Of a stretch of 64,000 nt of DNA, positions 45,888 to 54,898 are shown piece after piece; the first letter of the stretch is position 1, and each line of letters opens with the position of its first letter. The stretch spans positions 42,450 to 106,449 of the forward strand of contig CAZENT010000001.1 in NCBI GenBank assembly GCA_964513845.1, in the 5' to 3' direction. Below the pieces are notes generated by a model. That model had not been told where the DNA came from, searched no databases, and worked only from the letters and a program-made list of their open reading frames with translations. A program made the translations under genes and the position numbers. Source of the stretch: an uncultured Pseudomonadales bacterium. Its GTDB lineage: Bacteria; Patescibacteriota; Microgenomatia; UBA1400; MFAQ01.

Positions 45888-46235
45888 TTAGAATTTTATT
45901 CCTGATTCTCTAACTGCTTCGGCTAAAGCCTTGACACGACCATGGAAACGGTAGGAACCGCGATCAAAAACGACATTTTCGATTTTGGCCTCTTTGGCGG
46001 CTTTGCCTAAGAGTGTACCAACTTCTTGAGCTTGGGCTAGCTTGGTTCCCTTGAAGGATTTGAGGGTTTGGGAGCTGACAGCGGCCAAGACATGACCATC
46101 TTGTCTAATAATTTGAGCCCCGATGTGCTGGTTCGATCTGAGCACGGTGAGTCTGGGGCTAGTGGTTCCGGCTAAAAGCTTGGCACGTACGCGGTGCTGT
46201 CTTCTGGCCTTAGAGGTTAAGGTGTTTTGAATCAT
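45888..46235 (-). CDS. rplR: 50S ribosomal protein L18
   Basis: L18 signature (RLTVLRSNQHIGAQII). Confidence 0.9.
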   Translation of the reverse strand: MIQNTLTSKARRQHRVRAKLLAGTTSPRLTVLRSNQHIGAQIIRQDGHVLAAVSSQTLKSFKGTKLAQAQEVGTLLGKAAKEAKIENVVFDRGSYRFHGRVKALAEAVRESGIKF

Positions 46236-46252
46236 TTTTATTAATAAATTAA

Positions 46253-46801
46253 TTAAGCGGCTGTTTTGGTTGCGGTCTTGCCTTGTTTTTTGATGACTAC
46301 TTCGTCGACATAACGAATGCCCTTGCCCTTGTAAGGTTCAGGTTTCTTGAGCTCGCGAATGTTTGCGGCAACTTGACCAACTAATTGTTTGTCAATTCCG
46401 GTGATGTGAATTTTGTCTTGACCTTCGACGACAATGTTGACACCAGGAACTTTTTTGAAAATAACAGGATGAGAGAAGCCGAGTGAAAGAGAAAGTCCTT
46501 CACCTGTGGCAGCAACGCGATAACCGGTACCAAGAAGCTGAAGATGTTTTTCGAATCCTTCGGTAACTCCGGCGACGCAGTTTTGGGCTAAGCGGCGAGC
46601 AAGACCATGAAGGGCGCGAACTGCAGGAATGTCATTCTCGCGAGTAAAGTTTAAAACATTGTCTTTTTGATCTACCATGATGCCTTTTGGCACAACTGAT
46701 TCAAGGATTCCCTTGGGGCCAGTGAATCTAAGTAGGCCGTCTAGTTTTTCAACTTTGACAGTTTCAGGGAGATATAGTGGTTTTCTTCCAATGCGGCTCA
46801 T
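46253..46801 (-). CDS. rplF: 50S ribosomal protein L6
   Basis: MSRIGRKPLYLPETVKVE is the L6 N-terminus. Confidence 0.9.
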   Translation of the reverse strand: MSRIGRKPLYLPETVKVEKLDGLLRFTGPKGILESVVPKGIMVDQKDNVLNFTRENDIPAVRALHGLARRLAQNCVAGVTEGFEKHLQLLGTGYRVAATGEGLSLSLGFSHPVIFKKVPGVNIVVEGQDKIHITGIDKQLVGQVAANIRELKKPEPYKGKGIRYVDEVVIKKQGKTATKTAA

Positions 46802-46807
46802 ATATTT

Positions 46808-47197
46808 TTACCAAACTTGACAGATAACTTCACCGCCGAGATGTTTTTCTCGAGCAGTTTTTCCAGTCATAAGACCAGATGATGTAGAAACAATAGTGGT
46901 GCCGGCGCCAGAGAGGGCTTGAGGGATTTTGTCGAAACCGGAGTAGATGCGGACACTGCCTTTACTGATACGCTTGATACCGGTAACAGCAGGGAGATCT
47001 TTTTCAAAATAACGAAGAGTGATAATGATTTTCTTTGATGACTTAGTGTTTTCAACTGAGTAGTCAGCAATATATCCATCAGCTTTAAGAAGTTTGGCTA
47101 TTTCTTCACTGATAATAGTGTGCTTGGCAACGACAGTATCTCTTTTGGCGAGATAGCCGTTTCTGATAATGGTGATGAAGTCTGCGATTGTATCCAT
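46808..47197 (-). CDS. rpsH: 30S ribosomal protein S8
   Basis: MDTIADFITIIRNG matches S8 (M.DPIADMLTRIRNA). Start trimmed from the ORF track to the ATG at 47197. Confidence 0.9.
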   Translation of the reverse strand: MDTIADFITIIRNGYLAKRDTVVAKHTIISEEIAKLLKADGYIADYSVENTKSSKKIIITLRYFEKDLPAVTGIKRISKGSVRIYSGFDKIPQALSGAGTTIVSTSSGLMTGKTAREKHLGGEVICQVW

Positions 47198-47198
47198 A

Positions 47199-47384
47199 TT
47201 ATTTTGACATTTTGTAAACGCCGGGAAGTTCACCTTTGTGAGCTAACTCTCTAAAGCACAAGCGACATAGTCCGAAGATACGGATAACGCCACGTGGTCT
47301 GCCACAGAGCTGGCAACGATTATGATCTCTGGTCGAGTGACCGACGAGTCTTTTTGATTTTTCTATTTTGCTTGTTTTAGCCAT
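47199..47384 (-). CDS. rpsZ: 30S ribosomal protein S14 type Z (zinc-binding, 61 aa)
   Basis: [26 protein letters not shown]4 type. Confidence 0.9.
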   Translation of the reverse strand: MAKTSKIEKSKRLVGHSTRDHNRCQLCGRPRGVIRIFGLCRLCFRELAHKGELPGVYKMSK

Positions 47385-47396
47385 GTTTTTAGCGTT

Positions 47397-47945
47397 TTAG
47401 CTTTCTTTGGTAAAAGGCATGCCGAGAGCGGTGAGAAGCATTAAGGAAGAGTTTGCGTCTTTGGCACTAGTTGAAATAGTAATTTCCAAGCCTTGAATCC
47501 TGCCTATTTTATCATATTCGACCTCAGGAAACACGATCTGTTCGGAAAGACCTAGGGTGTAGTTGCCATTGCGATCAATAGTTCTCTTGGAAACGCCTTG
47601 GAAGTCTTTGATACGAGGAAGAACGATGGAGGTAAGTTTTTGGAAAAAGTCATACATACGATTGCCTCTGAGGGTGACTTTGACACCAACAACTTCGCCT
47701 TCACGAAGGTTGAAAGCGGCGATACTGTGTTTGGCTTTAGTTTCGACTGGGGTTTGGCCAGTGATCATTGCAATCCAGGCTTTGGTCTTGGTTAAAAGCT
47801 CTTTGTCTGTTTTGAAGTCTTTGGAAGAAGTGTTGAGGGTAATCTTCTCTAGTTTTGGAGCGGCTTCAACTGAGGAAAGACCTAGCTCTTTTTGGAGAGC
47901 CGGACGGATTGTTTTTAAATAGTTTTCTTTAAGAGTTTGTGTCAT
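47397..47945 (-). CDS. rplE: 50S ribosomal protein L5
   Basis: L5 signature, between rplX and rpsZ. Confidence 0.9.
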   Translation of the reverse strand: MTQTLKENYLKTIRPALQKELGLSSVEAAPKLEKITLNTSSKDFKTDKELLTKTKAWIAMITGQTPVETKAKHSIAAFNLREGEVVGVKVTLRGNRMYDFFQKLTSIVLPRIKDFQGVSKRTIDRNGNYTLGLSEQIVFPEVEYDKIGRIQGLEITISTSAKDANSSLMLLTALGMPFTKES

Positions 47946-48268
47946 TTTTTCTTGGTTTCACTGGTGATAACTTGACGACAAAGGTGACAAACTCTAACTT
48001 TGGGAGTTTGAGAAGCATCGAAGCCAACTCTGGTAGCTTTGCCACAACTGGGACAGACGAGAGCGACTGAGGCGGTGGAGATAGCTCTTGGGAGTGTGAC
48101 AATGGAACCCGCTTCGTTACCTTTGGGTTTGAGATGTTTTTTATAGACATTAAGACCTTCGACGAGGACGCTTTGATCTTGAGGAAGAACTTTGAGGATC
48201 TTGCCTGTACGACCTTTGTCTTTGCCGGCGGTGATTTTTACTGTGTCGTTGGTTTTAAATTTAAACAT
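47942..48268 (-). CDS. rplX: 50S ribosomal protein L24 with C-terminal C4 zinc-ribbon extension
   Basis: KOW-domain N-terminus (VKITAGKDKGRTGKILKV), plus CPSCG...CHLC in the C-terminal ~35 aa. Confidence 0.9.
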   Translation of the reverse strand: MFKFKTNDTVKITAGKDKGRTGKILKVLPQDQSVLVEGLNVYKKHLKPKGNEAGSIVTLPRAISTASVALVCPSCGKATRVGFDASQTPKVRVCHLCRQVITSETKKK

Positions 48269-48274
48269 ATACTT

Positions 48275-48649
48275 TTAGACGACTTCGGGTGCTAATGAAG
48301 CAATCTTGGCGAATCCGGCGTCTTTGACTTCTCTGGCAATGGGTCCAAAGATACGGGTGCCGAGAGGCTGCTTGCCAGCAATCGAGTCAATAATAACAAC
48401 GGCATTGTCATCAAAACGAACGTAGGTACCGTCTGCGCGACCTGTTTCCTTGTGGCAACGAACAACGACAGCTTTGACTACTTGTTTGTCTTTGACGGTC
48501 CCGTTTGTGTCTGCGCCTTCGACAGCGGCGGTAATAATGTCACCTACAAAACCAAAACGGCGATGAGAACCCCCGTGAACGAGGATGACTTTGACGAGTT
48601 TGGCGCCGGAGTTGTCAGCGACATTTAATACAGATCTTAGTTGAATCAT
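48275..48649 (-). CDS. rplN: 50S ribosomal protein L14
   Basis: [17 protein letters not shown] is the L14 signature. Confidence 0.9.
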   Translation of the reverse strand: MIQLRSVLNVADNSGAKLVKVILVHGGSHRRFGFVGDIITAAVEGADTNGTVKDKQVVKAVVVRCHKETGRADGTYVRFDDNAVVIIDSIAGKQPLGTRIFGPIAREVKDAGFAKIASLAPEVV

Positions 48650-48873
48650 ATAACTTTAGTTATTTGCCAATGTTTATTTTTACTCATAGGTCTGATTTCT
48701 TTCATTTGAACACGGTCGCCTTCTTTGGCTTCAACTTCGTTGTGAACTGTATATGACTTGTTGACCTTGATACGTTTGAGGTATTTAGGATGTACTTGAA
48801 AATGAACCACATCAACGACGGCAGTTTTCATCATCTTGGCGCTTTTGACTGTTCCGATTAATTGTTTTTTCAT
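48646..48873 (-). CDS. rpsQ: 30S ribosomal protein S17
   Basis: [22 protein letters not shown] fold. Start trimmed to the ATG at 48873. Confidence 0.9.
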   Translation of the reverse strand: MKKQLIGTVKSAKMMKTAVVDVVHFQVHPKYLKRIKVNKSYTVHNEVEAKEGDRVQMKEIRPMSKNKHWQITKVI

Positions 48874-48874
48874 A

Positions 48875-49036
48875 TTATTTTGATTTTGATAGCAATTGAG
48901 CAATCTGAACCTTGGTCTTTTTGTGAGCGTTGGTGTTTTTTTCTTGACCGGCTTTGATTTTTAATCTGATGTCGGAGAGCTTAATTTTCAACTCATCTAA
49001 GGTTTCTAGTGGTGTTTCGATCTTGGTTTTAGGCAT
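48875..49036 (-). CDS. rpmC: 50S ribosomal protein L29 (absent from the ORF track)
   Basis: Manual translation gives MPKTKIETPLETLDELKIKLSDIRLKIKAGQEKNTNAHKKTKVQIAQLLSKSK. Its ATG overlaps the rplP stop. Confidence 0.85.
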   Translation of the reverse strand: MPKTKIETPLETLDELKIKLSDIRLKIKAGQEKNTNAHKKTKVQIAQLLSKSK

Positions 49037-49442
49037 TGTCTTTTTCTATAAATTTGGTTTTAACAGAGATTTTGTGACTGGCAAGACGAATGGCCTCAGC
49101 AGCAACTTCGCGAGAAACACCGGAGAGTTCCATAAGGATCTGACCAGGCTTGACGACAGCTACGTAAGCTGAGACGTCGGATTTTCCGGAACCCATGCGG
49201 GCACCAGGAGTTTTCCAACCAACTGGCTTGTGAGGGAAAACACGAAGGAAGAACTTACCGACACGTTTGGTGTGGTGAGTAATGGTACGACGAGCAGACT
49301 CGATCTCAGCAGCTGTTAACCAACCGCAGCATTCAGCTTTTATCCCGAATTCGCCGTAAGCTAAGAAGTTGCTTCTGGTGGCAACGCCGCCCATGGAGCC
49401 TCTAAATTCTTTTCTGTATTTTCGTCTTGATGGTTGTAGCAT
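49029..49442 (-). CDS. rplP: 50S ribosomal protein L16
   Basis: MLQPSRRKYRKEFRGSMGG is the L16 signature. Confidence 0.9.
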   Translation of the reverse strand: MLQPSRRKYRKEFRGSMGGVATRSNFLAYGEFGIKAECCGWLTAAEIESARRTITHHTKRVGKFFLRVFPHKPVGWKTPGARMGSGKSDVSAYVAVVKPGQILMELSGVSREVAAEAIRLASHKISVKTKFIEKDNA

Positions 49443-49455
49443 ATGTTTTTATTTG

Positions 49456-49485
49456 TATAGGTTCCCGATCAGGTCGGGAATGACA
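49456..49485 (+). repeat. Short palindromic repeat element, family A, copy 4 (rpsC-rplP intergenic)
   Basis: TATAGGTTCCCGATCAGGTCGGGAATGACA. Confidence 0.8.
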
Positions 49486-49488
49486 TCT

Positions 49489-50142
49489 TTAGATAACGAT
49501 GTCACCGGTATAAATCCAGACTTTAATTCCAACGTAGCCTGAGCGGGTTAAGGCTGGCTTCTCGACATAGTCAATGTTGGCACGAAGAGTTTGGGTAGGG
49601 ATACGACCCTGTTTGAATTTTTCGGTACGGGCAATCTCGGCTCCATCGATACGGCCTGAGAAGACGATTTTGACACCTTTGGCACCAGCAGCCATAACTT
49701 TCTCGATGGCTTGATTGGCAGCACGACGGAAAGGATAGCGGTGTTCAAGCTGATTTGAAAGACGATCGACGATAATGCCGGCAGATAGTTCAGGATTTTT
49801 GATCTCTAAAGGATGAAGATTGACTTTGATAGCGTTTTTGGCTTTGAGGTCGATCTTGAGAAGTTTTTCGACATCTTTTTTGAGCTGTTCAAGGGAAGAA
49901 CCGCCGCGACCGATGACGACACCAGGGCGAGAAACATACATAAAAATATCGATGGTGTTGATACTGCGCTTGATCTCAATGGTGGTGATGCCGGCAAGTT
50001 TTAATTTTTCTTCTAAAAAGCGACGGATACTGTTATCTTCAAGAACAAACCTTGCGTAGTTTTTGAAGTTGCTGTACCAAACGGATTTTGTAGGGAAGAT
50101 GTATCCGGTTCTAAAAATGGTTGGATTGACTTTTTTACCCAT
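49489..50142 (-). CDS. rpsC: 30S ribosomal protein S3
   Basis: KH domain plus S3 C-terminal domain (GKKVNPTIFR...). Confidence 0.9.
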   Translation of the reverse strand: MGKKVNPTIFRTGYIFPTKSVWYSNFKNYARFVLEDNSIRRFLEEKLKLAGITTIEIKRSINTIDIFMYVSRPGVVIGRGGSSLEQLKKDVEKLLKIDLKAKNAIKVNLHPLEIKNPELSAGIIVDRLSNQLEHRYPFRRAANQAIEKVMAAGAKGVKIVFSGRIDGAEIARTEKFKQGRIPTQTLRANIDYVEKPALTRSGYVGIKVWIYTGDIVI

Positions 50143-50145
50143 GTT

Positions 50146-50586
50146 TTATTTTGTTTTTTTAGTGGTGGCTACTTTTTTGATGACTTCTTTTTTAACTTCT
50201 GTTTTTGGAGCAACAACCTTGGGGGTGTTGATTCTCAAACTGAGAGTTAAGTGAGAAGAGATTCTCTCATAAGGCTTGGTTTTACCACGACCGCCAATAT
50301 GTGCACGTTTGATCGTGCGACCTTTGGTGGCGAAGGCAGAGTCAATAATAAGAGAGTCTGGAGAAGCTTGTTTGAGAGAAACAGCATTACCAATGGCTTG
50401 TTTGATGAGCTTGGCGATAGGATCTGAAGCTCTTTTTTGAATTTCAGCAAGCTGTTTGATGGCGAGAAGAGCGGGTCTGCCAACCATGGCCTTAAGGATA
50501 AGGTTTGTTTTGCGTGGAGAGGACAGCACGTGGCTGGCTCTGGCGGTAATAATGTTTGGTTTTTCTGTGTTATTAAGAGTAGCCAT
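50146..50586 (-). CDS. rplV: 50S ribosomal protein L22 (with C-terminal K-rich extension)
   Basis: L22 core (ARASHVLSSPRKTNLILKAMVGRPALLAIKQL). Confidence 0.85.
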   Translation of the reverse strand: MATLNNTEKPNIITARASHVLSSPRKTNLILKAMVGRPALLAIKQLAEIQKRASDPIAKLIKQAIGNAVSLKQASPDSLIIDSAFATKGRTIKRAHIGGRGKTKPYERISSHLTLSLRINTPKVVAPKTEVKKEVIKKVATTKKTK

Positions 50587-50592
50587 ATATTT

Positions 50593-50877
50593 TTAGGTTT
50601 TGGTTAAGAGTCTCTTGACGATACGTCCATGACCACGGAAAGTTCTGGATAAAGAAAACTCTCCCAAACGATGTCCGACCATGTCTTCGGTGATGAAAAC
50701 ATCTTTAAAGACTTTACCGTTGTGGACTAAAAAAGTGTAGCCAACAAACTCTGGAGGGATCTGTGAAGATCTGGCCCAAGTTTTGATTGGTTCTTTTTTG
50801 CCCGTGTTTTTGAGCTTCTCGACTTTTGCAACGAGCTTCTCATCAACGTATGGTCCTTTGATTGTACTTCTGGACAT
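50593..50877 (-). CDS. rpsS: 30S ribosomal protein S19
   Basis: [15 protein letters not shown]...HNGK.F...I...MVGHRLGEF is the S19 signature. Confidence 0.9.
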   Translation of the reverse strand: MSRSTIKGPYVDEKLVAKVEKLKNTGKKEPIKTWARSSQIPPEFVGYTFLVHNGKVFKDVFITEDMVGHRLGEFSLSRTFRGHGRIVKRLLTKT

Positions 50878-50879
50878 AA

Positions 50880-51638
50880 TTAATGGTTATAGCGGTGTTT
50901 AATAATTGACTTATTACTGTATTTCTTTTTGTCTCGGGTTCTCTTTCCCATTGTTCTCTTACCCCATGGGGACTTAGGAGATTTCATACCGACACCAGAA
51001 CGACCTTCTCCACCACCGTGTGGGTGAGAACGAGGGTCTTGAGCAACACCACGAACGGAAGGGCGAAGACCCATGTGGCGGGCACGTCCGGCGGAACCGA
51101 TGATTTCTTCTTTGTGATGTTCGTTGGTGACGACGCCAATGGTGGCTTTGCATTCACCCTTGAAAACACGGATCTCACCCGAAGGAAGCTTAACAGCAAC
51201 TGTGTCACCTTCTTTAGACTGAACTGTGGCGGCGTTTCCGGCACTGCGAACCATTTGAGCGCCTTTTCCGGGAGTGATTTCCAAGTTGTGAATCTGAATA
51301 CCGATAGGAATATTTTTAAGAGGTAAACAGTTTCCGATCTTGATTTCGGCGGTTTCGGATGAGACGATGACATCCCCTACTTTAAGGCCCGAAGGGGCGA
51401 TAATGTAGTCTTTGACACCGTTTCCATAGACTAAAAGAGCAATATCGGCGGTACGATTTGGATCGTATTCGATAGAAGCCACTTTAGCGGTCAATGCAAC
51501 ATTACGCTTCCAGTCTATATGACGGAGGAAACGAGTTTCACGACCACCTTGATGGCGAACTGTTATTTTACCAGAAAAGTTGCGTCCTGACGACTTCGGA
51601 TTTAGTTTTCTGAGTTTTTTGGGTGCGATTGCTTTCAT
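50880..51638 (-). CDS. rplB: 50S ribosomal protein L2
   Basis: L2 signature (..GRNAAT.. [18 protein letters not shown]). Confidence 0.9.
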   Translation of the reverse strand: MKAIAPKKLRKLNPKSSGRNFSGKITVRHQGGRETRFLRHIDWKRNVALTAKVASIEYDPNRTADIALLVYGNGVKDYIIAPSGLKVGDVIVSSETAEIKIGNCLPLKNIPIGIQIHNLEITPGKGAQMVRSAGNAATVQSKEGDTVAVKLPSGEIRVFKGECKATIGVVTNEHHKEEIIGSAGRARHMGLRPSVRGVAQDPRSHPHGGGEGRSGVGMKSPKSPWGKRTMGKRTRDKKKYSNKSIIKHRYNH

Positions 51639-51643
51639 AATCT

Positions 51644-51952
51644 TTATGAGTTAACAGTGTTAAAAAGCTCAATCTTTTGACCGGCTTTAATTTTAACGAT
51701 GGCTTTTTTGTTTACTGGTAGAGTGATGTGACGACCTGTTTTTCTGGATTTCATTGGTCTGGAACTATGCTTCACAGTATTGATACTGAGAACGTTAACC
51801 TTGTACAGATCTTCAACGGCTTTTTTAATTTGATATTTACTGGCTGAAGGCGCAACATTAAAGACGTATTTATCGAGAGCAGATAAAGCGTAACTTTTCT
51901 CAGTGACGACAGGACTAATAATGGTGTTTTGGTGAATAAGTGGTGTAGACAT
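51644..51952 (-). CDS. rplW: 50S ribosomal protein L23
   Basis: L23 fold, positioned between rplD and rplB. Confidence 0.85.
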   Translation of the reverse strand: MSTPLIHQNTIISPVVTEKSYALSALDKYVFNVAPSASKYQIKKAVEDLYKVNVLSINTVKHSSRPMKSRKTGRHITLPVNKKAIVKIKAGQKIELFNTVNS

Positions 51953-51954
51953 AG

Positions 51955-52572
51955 TTATTTAGATTTAGCCAATAAAACTGATTTCAATCTATCGACTAAG
52001 TGAGTGTAGGCACTAGGAGTGATGACAAGTTTGGGGTTGGTGACTACTTTGTAGACATTTAAGCGATTGGCAGAGAGAAGAACCACGTTATCGAGATTCC
52101 CAATGGCTTTAAGAGTTTTGGGGTCTTCCTGAAAATGCACCAGGCCGAGCTTTTCTGAACCAAGAACCTTGAGAGCAGACTTGGTGGATGAGTCTTTGAC
52201 AGCTGAAGTGTCGAGAATTGAGAGACGTTCTTCTTTATTGTAAAGAGATAGTGCACCGAGAAGGGCTTTTATCTTCATTTTTTTGTTTAGAGCTTTGGAA
52301 GTAAGTTTTAGTCCGAGTGGGCCAAACACGACACCTCCACCGACAAAGATAGGAGATGACTTAGCACCGTGACGGGCACCACCAGTACCTTTTTGTTTGT
52401 AGATTTTCTTTTTGGATGCAACGATTTCTCCACGAGTTTTAACTTTGGAAGTACCTACATGTGAGTTTTCTTGATAGATGTAGATTGCCTGAGCAAGAAG
52501 TGCGGGAGAAACTTCCTTGTTGAAAACCGAAAGATCCGGTTGGCTTTGTGTTTGAACTTTTTTAGTAGCCAT
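51955..52572 (-). CDS. rplD: 50S ribosomal protein L4
   Basis: L4 signature (KQKGTGGARHGAKSSPIFVGGGVVFGP). Confidence 0.9.
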   Translation of the reverse strand: MATKKVQTQSQPDLSVFNKEVSPALLAQAIYIYQENSHVGTSKVKTRGEIVASKKKIYKQKGTGGARHGAKSSPIFVGGGVVFGPLGLKLTSKALNKKMKIKALLGALSLYNKEERLSILDTSAVKDSSTKSALKVLGSEKLGLVHFQEDPKTLKAIGNLDNVVLLSANRLNVYKVVTNPKLVITPSAYTHLVDRLKSVLLAKSK

Positions 52573-52577
52573 ATGTT

Positions 52578-53192
52578 TTATTTATTTGAACTTCCGGTAA
52601 TAGTAATCTTCGTCACAGCACCGCGGCAACCAGGAATGGCGCCAGTGATTTGAAGAATGCCTGTTTCGGCATCAAAAGAATGGATTTTCAAGTTTTCGAC
52701 AGTGACATTGACGTCACCCATGTGACCAGCCATGTGTTTACCCTTGACGACTCTACCTGGAGTAGTACCTCGGCCAATGGAACCTGGAGCACGGCCTCTG
52801 TCTGATTGACCGTGAGTACGTGGACCACCATGCATACCCCAACGTTTCATAACACCAGATGTTCCCTTACCTTTTGAGGAAGCGGTAACATTGACGATGG
52901 AACCGGGAGTTAAGATTTCGGCTAGATTAATTTCAGATGTAATTTCGTCGACTTCTCTAATTAGTTTTGGGGTGGCACCAATTCCAACTTTTTTGAGGAA
53001 ACCGGCCATAGGTTTGTTGGCTATCTTTTTGTTGCCAATACCCAGAACGGTTGCTTCATATCCGTCTTTTTCGATTGTTTTTGAAGAGATAACCATGTGA
53101 GGATCAACCGTGAGGACGGTCAAGGGGATCCGCTTACCTTCGACGAAGGTCTGAGTCATACTCTGTTTGGTTGCGTATACTTGTTTGTTCAT
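52578..53192 (-). CDS. rplC: 50S ribosomal protein L3
   Basis: L3 signature (GKGTSGVMKRWGMHGGPRTHGQSDRGRAPGSIG). Confidence 0.9.
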   Translation of the reverse strand: MNKQVYATKQSMTQTFVEGKRIPLTVLTVDPHMVISSKTIEKDGYEATVLGIGNKKIANKPMAGFLKKVGIGATPKLIREVDEITSEINLAEILTPGSIVNVTASSKGKGTSGVMKRWGMHGGPRTHGQSDRGRAPGSIGRGTTPGRVVKGKHMAGHMGDVNVTVENLKIHSFDAETGILQITGAIPGCRGAVTKITITGSSNK

Positions 53193-53300
53193 TTTTTATT
53201 AATATATTGTTTTCACCAATTAAATCCGTCCCCGAGTTTCGGGGAAACCGAAAAACGGAAGGGGAAGTTTATTAGTTAGTTAAAGATAGCGACATTAAAG

Positions 53301-53618
53301 TTACATCTTGATTTCAATGCCAACACCGGCGGGAAGATCAAGGTGCTGAAGTGAATCAATAGTCTTGTTAGTTGGGTTCACGATATCGATGAGCCTCTTG
53401 TGGGTGAGGATGGCGAACTGTTCGCGAGCATCTTTATCGGTGTGAGGAGAAGAGGTGACAACAATAACTTTCTTCTTGGTGGGCAATGGAACCGGACCAA
53501 CCACCTGAGCGCCAGAGACTAAGGCGGCCTGAATTATCTTTTTGGCGGCCTCATCGATAACACGATGATCGAAGGATTTTAGTTTGACGCGAATACGTGG
53601 TTGGTCTGTCATGTTCAA
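53301..53618 (-). CDS. rpsJ: 30S ribosomal protein S10
   Basis: [23 protein letters not shown] is the S10 signature. Confidence 0.9.
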   Translation of the reverse strand: MNMTDQPRIRVKLKSFDHRVIDEAAKKIIQAALVSGAQVVGPVPLPTKKKVIVVTSSPHTDKDAREQFAILTHKRLIDIVNPTNKTIDSLQHLDLPAGVGIEIKM

Positions 53619-53653
53619 GAAGTTTAAATGTACTGATTAATTGGTATCGTTAA

Positions 53654-54829
53654 TTAAGCGATAACCTTGGTAATAACTCCAGCGCCGACAGTTAGTCCAC
53701 CTTCACGAATTGCGAAGTTTTGTCCATCTGACATGGCGATTGGTTGAATGAGTTCGACGGACATCTTGGCATTGTCACCAGGCATGATCATCTCGACACC
53801 TTCTGGGAGTTTGACTTCACCAGTAACATCGGTGGTGCGGATAAAGAATTGAGGTTTGTAGCCAGTGAACATAGGAGTGTGGCGACCACCTTCATCTTTG
53901 CCTAGGATATAAGCCTCGGCTTCGAACTTGGTGTGAGGAGTGATGGAACCAGGTTTGGCCAAAACTTGACCTCTTTGGACATCTTCTTTTTCAATACCAC
54001 GGAGAAGTAGACCGACGTTGTCGCCTGCTTGACCCTGTTCGAGCTGTTGGTGGAACATTTCGACTCCAGTAACAACTGATTTGGTAGTGTCTTTGATACC
54101 GACGATCTCGACTTCATCACCGATCTTGACGATACCTGTTCCGATACGACCGGTAACAACGGTACCACGACCCTTGATGGAGAAAACGTCTTCAACGGGC
54201 ATAAGGAAAGGCTTGTCGAGCTCACGAACTGGATCTGGAATCCATTCATCAATGGTATCCATGAGTTTCATGATGCCGGCTTGAGCTTCTTTGTCGCCTT
54301 CGAGAGCTTTAAGAGCAGAAACGCGAACGATTGGGGTGTCTTCTTCGAAGTGATTTTTGACCAAGAGTTCTTTGATTTCCATCTCGACTAACTCGAGAAG
54401 TTCTGGATCTGTAACAGCATCACATTTGTTTAGAGCAACGACCAAACGAGGAACGTTGACCTGATGAGCCAAGAGTAAGTGCTCTTTGGTTTGAGGCATA
54501 GGACCGTCTGTAGCAGCGACGACCAAGATAGCACCGTCCATCTGAGCGGCACCAGTGATCATGTTTTTGATGTAGTCACGGTGACCAGGACAGTCGATGT
54601 GGGCATAGTGACGTTTGGATGTTTCGTAAGGGACGTGGGAAATGTTGATAGTAACTCCACGCTCTCTCTCTTCAGGAGATTTATCAATCTGATCAAAAGG
54701 AAGAGCTTCAGCTAGTCCTTGAGCAGCTAAGGTTGTGGTAATAGCGGCAGTTAATGTGGTCTTGCCGTGGTCAACGTGACCGATGGTTCCGATATTAACG
54801 TGGGGTTTGGTTCTTTGGTATGTAGCCAT
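53654..54829 (-). CDS. tuf: Elongation factor Tu
   Basis: [15 protein letters not shown] and NKCD G-motifs. 391 aa. Confidence 0.95.
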   Translation of the reverse strand: MATYQRTKPHVNIGTIGHVDHGKTTLTAAITTTLAAQGLAEALPFDQIDKSPEERERGVTINISHVPYETSKRHYAHIDCPGHRDYIKNMITGAAQMDGAILVVAATDGPMPQTKEHLLLAHQVNVPRLVVALNKCDAVTDPELLELVEMEIKELLVKNHFEEDTPIVRVSALKALEGDKEAQAGIMKLMDTIDEWIPDPVRELDKPFLMPVEDVFSIKGRGTVVTGRIGTGIVKIGDEVEIVGIKDTTKSVVTGVEMFHQQLEQGQAGDNVGLLLRGIEKEDVQRGQVLAKPGSITPHTKFEAEAYILGKDEGGRHTPMFTGYKPQFFIRTTDVTGEVKLPEGVEMIMPGDNAKMSVELIQPIAMSDGQNFAIREGGLTVGAGVITKVIA

Positions 54830-54898
54830 GTTTGTTAATTTTTTTTAATTATTTATAATATTTGCGTTTTAAGCCTATTTATTTTAGCAGATTTTACC

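Noticed and set aside
54830-54898. Possible internal promoter (TATAAT-like boxes) between fusA and tuf
   Set aside because: The spacer is AT-rich, so several -10-like hexamers arise by chance. No convincing -35 element was found, so it is not called.
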